DNA from: Candidatus Thorarchaeota archaeon
GTDB taxonomy: Archaea; Asgardarchaeota; Heimdallarchaeia; Hodarchaeales; Hodarchaeaceae
Direction: 5' to 3'
DNA length: 32,000 nucleotides
Assembly (NCBI GenBank): GCA_048882505.1
Contig: JBHLRO010000005.1
Coordinates: forward strand, 90,001-122,000
The stretch's first letter is position 1. Each line of letters begins with the position of its first letter. A program made the translations under genes and the position numbers. Positions 25,936-32,000 of the stretch are shown one piece after another. The notes below the pieces were generated by a model. It saw nothing but the letters and a program-made list of their open reading frames with translations. It did no database searches and had not been told where the DNA came from.

Positions 25936-28900
25936 TCAAATTGGAATTCTGATCCATTCTTTGGCCGGATCTATAAAGTATTTACTTCCTTTTATCATTA
26001 CTTGTACCTTCCTACCACCACTACTAGTTATTTTGAGACCTATTTCATGCATTGAGATGTCTAGATAATAGGTTATTCCCCTTAACGTGATCCTGAATTT
26101 AATTCTTCTCCAGTTAATCGGTAAAGAAGGGTTTATTTCCAAAATCTGAGATCTTAGATTGACTCCAGCATAAAAGGTAATTGCTCCTAAAACGGTTCCC
26201 CCCATTACCCCCGTATGAATTCCCTCGCCCGTTGTTCCCTGTTGAATATCAGTATAATCACTCTTCAAGGCATCTTCGTACATTCTATAACTCTCCGCAA
26301 TATTACCTACTAGTTTGAACATAAGGCTGTGGACGATTCTGCTCAGGCTCGATCCATGTGAGGTTCTGACACTGTAATAATCGAAGTTTCTCTCCAAATA
26401 GTTTTCTGGAATTGAAAAACCGAGATCTTTTACTATTTCCGCCACCTCACTTGGAAGAAGGGTGTAGAATGTCATAAGGACGTCAGCTTGCTTGGAAACC
26501 TTGTAATCGTTGGGCGATCTGTTTTCTGCCCTTAAAATTCTATCTAATCGCTGAATATTCCTGTAATTTTTCCGGTAATATTCCCAATCCATTTCTTGCA
26601 AACTGAAATAACCATCGAATTGAGCTAATATTCCTTCTTTTGATATTATTAAATTTAATCTCTTTGTTATATCTTTCCATCTCTGTAGGTCTTTCTGCGA
26701 TATTCTTAGTTTGCCTAGAAGATTTTCCTTAAAAATGCCGTTAATTCTCTCTAAAATTTCAAACGCTTTCTGAAATGCCCATATAACCATGATATTTGTG
26801 TATGAGTTGTCTTTTAATCCTTCTTCGCCCGATTGGGGAAATTTTTCATGAAATTCATCTGGGCCCATCACTTTTCGTATTGAATATCTACCAGAGTCGT
26901 TGAGTGTGGCCTTACTCGACCAAAATTTGCAAATTTCTAATAACATCTCTGCTCCGAAGTTTTTTAGAAAATCCGCATCATCAGTAAGCCAAAAATAAAA
27001 CCATATATTGTGGGCTACCGCCAAAGAAACATGTCTCTGGAGCCGGCTATAATCAGCTCCCCATTCTTGGTTTATTGGATTTAAATGCATTGAAGGGGTT
27101 TCTTCATCACCTGTCGAGCCGCTTTGCCATGGAAACATGGCCCCATCGTAACCAAACGCCCTAGCGTATGATCGAGCTCTGTCCAATCTGTTATAACGAT
27201 ATAACAGCGCCATTCTAGTAATTTGCGGGAAATGTAGAGTATAAAAGGGCAGAATGAAAACCGAGTCCCAAAATATATGCCCGCGATACGCTTCCCCATG
27301 GAGTCCTCTAGCCGGTATCCCCAAATCAGACTCGGTGTTGGAGGGTGAAGCTGTAACCATCAGGTGATACAAATGCAATCTTAATAATTTTTGAATCAAA
27401 CGATCTCCCTCAATACATATATCAATACTACTCCAAAGCTCCTTCCATTTCTTCTTGCTTCCTCTTTCAATAACGTCGTAATTTCCAAATTTCCTTGCTG
27501 ATTCAATAGCCAACTTAAGGAGGGTTTGACTACTCAATGAAATTATGTCCCGGGATGTGTAAACAGCCACTGTTTTTTCAACTCTTATTTGATCCCCTTT
27601 TTTTGCATCCACAACGAATAAGACTGTAATTTCCCCCTCCTGGGTTACCAAGGTTTTGAATTCTGGAAAAATTTCCCTTCCATTCTCAAAAATCCTTAAT
27701 TTCATTGCTTCAGCAATTAAAATCTTTGATTGATTGGTCTTTACTAGTATGTACCATATTTCTCCTTCTCTCCCTTGATCCATAGGTGTTAGATGCTTTG
27801 AGTTCAGCTGCCTATATCGTTTAACACCGTCATTAACTATGGTTCCATCCAAGGATACCTTTATCTGGATCGTTGATGCATAATTTTGGGGCCTTAATTC
27901 ATACTTTAAACCTAATGCATGGCAGTTCTCCATACTTGCAAAACGATGTGAAATAATTTTGGTCTCTCTCCCAAACTCATCTTTCACCCTCATTCGCTTG
28001 GATAACACACCCGTTTTTAGATTGATCTCCCTTCCCAGTTCTGTTAGCTCATATTTGTCAAAAGAGAACCACGGGGCATCAGCTATTCTAAAAGAAACTA
28101 AAAGCCAATTTGGGCAGTTTACCATATCTTCATTAACAACCGTCCTTCCCGCCACCGTACTTTTAAGCCTGTTATATACTCCCGCGATATACGTGCCAGG
28201 ATAGCTGATGGAATTACTTTTGACTTCTTCCATGGCTCCTCTGGTACCAAGATATCCATTTCCAACGGTAAAGAGTGATTCCCATCTACTTTCCTCTCCT
28301 TGAGTATATCCAAAATTTCTAAGGAACCAACTATCCTCTTTCAGACTTTTGTCAAACCACTCCTCAATTGTATCAACCGTCACCTCTCCAAGGTCTGACA
28401 CAACAATATCTGCCCCGTTTTTTCGTAACTCATGAAAATTCCGATCTCTCGCGATTCCAATAACCATTCCGAACCCCCCATTCCTTCCAGCTTGAACGCC
28501 TGAAACTGCATCTTCTATTATAACTGAACGATCATAATATACATTGAGACTCCTACATGCGGCTTGAAAAATATCAGGTTCTGGCTTTCCTTTCAAATCA
28601 AGATGCTCTGATAGAATCCCGTCTACTCTCGCTTCAAACATATCGGATAGCTTGGCGGCTTGTAAAATCTGTTTACAGTTTTTACTGGAGGAAGCGACCC
28701 CTATTCTGATATTTCTTCTCTTTAGGTCTTTTATCAGACCTATTGTTGAATAATAAACCTCTATCTTTCCGCTCGAAATCAAAACGTTGAAAATTTGATT
28801 CTTTCTGTTACCCAAACCACATATCGTTACAGTATCAGGAGGATCTGAAGGCTTGCCGTATGGTAGAGTGATTTTCCTAGATTCCAGAAAGGACTTCACT

Positions 28901-29103
28901 CCCTGGTATCTGGGCTTTCCGTCAATATACTTCAGATAATCTCTACTATGAGAGAATGGTTCAAATCCTTTGGTATCCTCCCTTCCGAATTTATTTAAGA
29001 ATTCATCAAACATTTGTTTCCAAGCTTGACTATGTACATTGGCAGTTTTTGTAATCACACCATCCAAATCGAATATGACCGCATCAAAGCTCAACCTATT
29101 CAT
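25936..29103 (-). CDS. Beta-phosphoglucomutase-type HAD domain fused to GH65 glycoside phosphorylase/hydrolase
   Basis: HAD motifs FDLDGVIT, ASSSKN, GKPEPDIF and IEDA. GH65 motifs GNGYLG.RG, GLHGEAYRGHIFWD, MGPDEFHE, KQAD and HGSSLS. Confidence 0.92.
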   Translation of the reverse strand: MNRLSFDAVIFDLDGVITKTANVHSQAWKQMFDEFLNKFGREDTKGFEPFSHSRDYLKYIDGKPRYQGVKSFLESRKITLPYGKPSDPPDTVTICGLGNRKNQIFNVLISSGKIEVYYSTIGLIKDLKRRNIRIGVASSSKNCKQILQAAKLSDMFEARVDGILSEHLDLKGKPEPDIFQAACRSLNVYYDRSVIIEDAVSGVQAGRNGGFGMVIGIARDRNFHELRKNGADIVVSDLGEVTVDTIEEWFDKSLKEDSWFLRNFGYTQGEESRWESLFTVGNGYLGTRGAMEEVKSNSISYPGTYIAGVYNRLKSTVAGRTVVNEDMVNCPNWLLVSFRIADAPWFSFDKYELTELGREINLKTGVLSKRMRVKDEFGRETKIISHRFASMENCHALGLKYELRPQNYASTIQIKVSLDGTIVNDGVKRYRQLNSKHLTPMDQGREGEIWYILVKTNQSKILIAEAMKLRIFENGREIFPEFKTLVTQEGEITVLFVVDAKKGDQIRVEKTVAVYTSRDIISLSSQTLLKLAIESARKFGNYDVIERGSKKKWKELWSSIDICIEGDRLIQKLLRLHLYHLMVTASPSNTESDLGIPARGLHGEAYRGHIFWDSVFILPFYTLHFPQITRMALLYRYNRLDRARSYARAFGYDGAMFPWQSGSTGDEETPSMHLNPINQEWGADYSRLQRHVSLAVAHNIWFYFWLTDDADFLKNFGAEMLLEICKFWSSKATLNDSGRYSIRKVMGPDEFHEKFPQSGEEGLKDNSYTNIMVIWAFQKAFEILERINGIFKENLLGKLRISQKDLQRWKDITKRLNLIISKEGILAQFDGYFSLQEMDWEYYRKNYRNIQRLDRILRAENRSPNDYKVSKQADVLMTFYTLLPSEVAEIVKDLGFSIPENYLERNFDYYSVRTSHGSSLSRIVHSLMFKLVGNIAESYRMYEDALKSDYTDIQQGTTGEGIHTGVMGGTVLGAITFYAGVNLRSQILEINPSLPINWRRIKFRITLRGITYYLDISMHEIGLKITSSGGRKVQVMIKGSKYFIDPAKEWIRIPI

Positions 29104-29126
29104 AAAAAGTAACCTTTATCGGATTT

Positions 29127-29144
29127 GTTTACAGAACTGTAAAC
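29127..29144. promoter_or_regulatory. Perfect inverted repeat GTTTACAG-AA-CTGTAAAC
   Basis: 8-bp arms, located 23 bp upstream of the GH65 fusion start. Confidence 0.4.
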
Positions 29145-29152
29145 CATATAAA

Positions 29153-29168
29153 ACTACTCTGGGTAGTA
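29153..29168. promoter_or_regulatory. Candidate TrmB operator 1 (ACTACT-CTGG-GTAGTA)
   Basis: Dyad ACTAC-N5-GTAGT in the divergent GH65/trmB intergenic region, adjacent to a minus-strand TTTTATAT TATA-like box. Confidence 0.55.
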
Positions 29169-29285
29169 ATTTCAATTATTATACTAAAGCTGTTCCTAGC
29201 CTTAGTTCAATCCAAAAGTGATTTACGTGTTGCATTATAGAATAAAGCAATGATGGAATCCAAAAATTATTTTGGTTGATGTCCT

Positions 29286-30419
29286 ATGAAGAAATCTCCC
29301 TCTGATGCGTTAAACGAGTTTAGCTATAAAGTGGCCAAAATCCCTGATACGAATTGGCGTCTTCATGCATTATTGAAACGTTTAGGTTTGACCAAATATG
29401 AAATACAGGCTTATGTCGCACTTGTTCAAGGTGGTCCGCAAACTGTGATGGAGATTGTAAAAAAGACGGGTATTCCTCAGCCAAGAGCGTACGATACACT
29501 CTCGAGTTTGGCCAAATATGGATTACTAGAACAAAGAGTAGAATCTGGGAAAGATAAGGTTAGAAAGGCAAAAAAATTTCGAGCTGTTGAACCTGAACAA
29601 GGTTTGGATAATCTGTTCGCTTTTTTTCTATTTGCCAAGGATCAGGCCTTAAGCGATCTAAAGAAGTTGGCTAAGACTCAGATCAAACTTCATAGTGGGA
29701 TTTGGGAGGTTCATAGAAAGCTAAACATTATGAAGACCGCTAAATCGATGATTCAAAACGCGAATTACGAGATTCTTACTGTTACAACCGTACCAGTATT
29801 AGAGGAGCTTAAAAAGGACCTATTGGCGGCAACCAAAAGGAATGTTACCGTCTCATGCATTACAAGTCTTGAAGATGGAGTTCAAGCAAGAACACTACTT
29901 GAGAATAGCAATGTTCTGAGAATAAAACAAAGAAAAGGTTTTTCGATGCCCTATATTATCAAAGATCGTTCTCAGGCCCTACAATGGGGAACAAAAACCT
30001 TTGGGGACGATTTTGATCCTGAATTTGTTGTCGCTCAATTGATTGAACAGACGGAGCTAATTCATACACTAATTGACCATTTCTACTTCTCAAACTGGCA
30101 CCTAGGTAAATACGCTACCTTATTTTTTGAAAGACCGTCATTCCCACGAACATTCGTACATATTCAAACAGTTATAGAAGAGGTTGAATACCTGTTACAA
30201 AGGAATAGAGCTCCTAATGTTCGAATCTACGGTAGTTATACTGATACCGGTGAGAAATTAGTGATTGAAGGTCGCGTCTCAAAAATTGACCATGATTGGT
30301 CTAGTGGGGTATTTACTATATTCATTATGGAACCTAATTCTGGAAAAGAAATCCCGGTAGGTGGGATTAGGGCGCAGTATGAAGATGTTACGGCGGATAG
30401 GATCACAATATTGGATTAA
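29286..30419 (+). CDS. trmB: TrmB-family sugar-sensing transcriptional regulator
   Basis: LGLT.YE..AY.AL, GIPQPRAYDTL.SL...GL wHTH, and a C-terminal sugar-binding region with V.IGG..A..ED. Confidence 0.9.
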   Translation: MKKSPSDALNEFSYKVAKIPDTNWRLHALLKRLGLTKYEIQAYVALVQGGPQTVMEIVKKTGIPQPRAYDTLSSLAKYGLLEQRVESGKDKVRKAKKFRAVEPEQGLDNLFAFFLFAKDQALSDLKKLAKTQIKLHSGIWEVHRKLNIMKTAKSMIQNANYEILTVTTVPVLEELKKDLLAATKRNVTVSCITSLEDGVQARTLLENSNVLRIKQRKGFSMPYIIKDRSQALQWGTKTFGDDFDPEFVVAQLIEQTELIHTLIDHFYFSNWHLGKYATLFFERPSFPRTFVHIQTVIEEVEYLLQRNRAPNVRIYGSYTDTGEKLVIEGRVSKIDHDWSSGVFTIFIMEPNSGKEIPVGGIRAQYEDVTADRITILD

Positions 30420-30868
30420 TCCCTTCTCATTTAAATCTGCAAGCGGTTTATGAAGAAGAATTAGACCTCCTTTGGTATGTTATAATTGTCTCGTTAATAG
30501 GAAAAACGGACATGGACAGTTTATAACTATAAACTGAAGAGAGTTGAGTTTTTTTTATGGAAACGGCTGTGACCAGGTCCATTAACTCGTCGTGAAGGAA
30601 ATAGAACAATGAAAAGACTGAACCAAGTTCCGAAATAGCTTAAGTAACGATTTTACGAGCTTTTCTACCTTAATTTAATAAAATAGAATCATCCGAGCCA
30701 GCTGACCAATAACATAGGACAATTACTTTCAATTGGTCTTCCTCTATGTTTATGGTATAAAACAGGATCAAACCTATGTTAACTACTCCATAACTAACTC
30801 GTATACCGATATCCTATCATAAAGTATTTATAGCAGGAAAAGCCCTTTGTGGTTTACATATTCTCATA

Positions 30869-30887
30869 ATACTACTTAAGATAGTAT
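30869..30887. promoter_or_regulatory. Candidate TrmB operator 2 (ATACTA-CTTAAGA-TAGTAT)
   Basis: Same ACTACT-N4-RTAGTA core as site 1, about 60 bp upstream of the sugar-binding protein start. Confidence 0.55.
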
Positions 30888-30947
30888 AATGTTCCTATTG
30901 GACATAGAGAGAGAAATGTTGTAAAAGAAAATAAGGGTGTATAAAAA

Positions 30948-32000
30948 TTGAAAAAACTATTAGCTCTAGCACTTATGGTCGGGTTACTGGGTTTATCTTC
31001 GGCTCCAATGTTTACAGCTTCCGGAAAGGTTTCCCAAGATGTAACATTGAAAATTATTGTCTCAGATCAGCAGAAACCTGCCATAGATGGAGTGATAAGT
31101 GATTTTTTGGCAAGTAGTCTTGGAACAGGCGTTAGCGATGTTGAAGTCGTTGCGAGTGGAACACGAGCAGATGATCAATTAACCTATCTCGTGACTCAAA
31201 TGACTGCAGAAGACGATGAATTTGATGTAATTGGTCTTGATACAGTCTGGCCGGCACAATTTGCTGAAAATGGATGGATTGTAGATCTTACAGATAAATT
31301 GGACGCCAATGAAATGGATGCGTACGTTGACGGAATGGTTGATTCTTCCACATATAACGGAAAAGTATATGCCTATCCCTATTTCATGAACTTGGGGGTC
31401 CTATTTTATCGTAAAGACATGATTGCGCGCAATGGATTTACCACCAGTGATTTTGATACATGGGCCGAATTCAACGCGACCGCAAATGCAATATTGGCGA
31501 ATGCAACCGAACAAGCACTTAATCCAGATCTAGTCGGATTTGTGGGTCAGTTCGATGCCTACGAAGGAGGAGTCGTTAACTTCGTAGAATGGTTGGGAGG
31601 CAACGGGCTTACATCCCTCTTTGATGCAAACGGGAACCCCAATCTGAATACATCGGATGCCCAATATGCTATGAACTTTCTGAAAGGTTTAATAGCTCCA
31701 CGTTATACTGGTGTCCAGGATACACAGTATATCATACCTAGAAGCGCCCTCACGATGGATGAAGGTTCTTCAGTAGGTAAATGGCTTGCCGGTGAATCTA
31801 TCTTCATGAGACAATGGACATTCGCATATGGCTCCAGTGCAAGCGAGGCGGGCTTAAATGCAACCGACACAAGCGGAGACTACACACAGTTCGGGGTTGC
31901 TCCTCTTCCGACACGAAGTGGCGCTACTGATGAAAAATCCTCTTGCGTTGGTGGTGCAGTTCTCGCCATATCCAGCTTTAGCCAAAATCAAGAAGAGGCA
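30948..32000 (+). CDS. Sugar ABC transporter substrate-binding protein (trehalose/maltose type), 3' end outside the window; absent from the ORF track
   Basis: Translated by hand from TTG 30948 and open to the window end. Signal-like MKKLLALALMVGLLGL, then DVIGLDTVWPAQFAENGW, YRKD, GQFDAYEG and FMRQW motifs. Confidence 0.88.
   Translation, partial: MKKLLALALMVGLLGLSSAPMFTASGKVSQDVTLKIIVSDQQKPAIDGVISDFLASSLGTGVSDVEVVASGTRADDQLTYLVTQMTAEDDEFDVIGLDTVWPAQFAENGWIVDLTDKLDANEMDAYVDGMVDSSTYNGKVYAYPYFMNLGVLFYRKDMIARNGFTTSDFDTWAEFNATANAILANATEQALNPDLVGFVGQFDAYEGGVVNFVEWLGGNGLTSLFDANGNPNLNTSDAQYAMNFLKGLIAPRYTGVQDTQYIIPRSALTMDEGSSVGKWLAGESIFMRQWTFAYGSSASEAGLNATDTSGDYTQFGVAPLPTRSGATDEKSSCVGGAVLAISSFSQNQEEA

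Noticed and set aside
1484-29221. Numerous short ORFs overlapping or antisense to the called genes (e.g. 5143-5532, 10960-11289, 17451-17684)
   Set aside because: They are shadows of well-supported genes and have no motifs of their own.
30420-30860. Long AT-rich intergenic stretch as possible CRISPR array, ncRNA or IS remnant
   Set aside because: No regularly spaced repeats, terminal inverted repeats or convincing ORF were seen.

Overview
Gene-dense prokaryotic window, most likely from an Asgard archaeon of the Heimdallarchaeia/Hodarchaeales type. This is inferred from a Rab-like GTPase, a 1547-aa sequon-rich single-pass surface protein with a longin/roadblock-like cytoplasmic tail, and a TrmB regulator. 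From left to right it holds: catabolic hydrolases (FAH, nitroreductase, cyclase, dienelactone hydrolase, alpha/beta hydrolase); TauE, an MBL hydrolase and SufS; a minus-strand run of phosphoesterase, Rab-like GTPase, radical SAM enzyme, SAM-methyltransferase/HgcA-like corrinoid membrane fusion and HgcB-like ferredoxin; two adjacent surface proteins sharing a ~170-aa domain; an SDR and a MoxR/VWA pair; a cupin bracketed by a 147-bp duplication of a kinase gene's 3' end; and a sugar module (beta-PGM/GH65 fusion, kinase, TrmB, trehalose/maltose-type binding protein). The standout is the operon-like radical SAM / MTase-HgcA / HgcB trio at 8733-11825. It looks like a corrinoid methyl-transfer system related to the mercury-methylation machinery, but carries its own fused SAM-methyltransferase and a variant cap helix. 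All family calls come from motif recognition; no database search was run.
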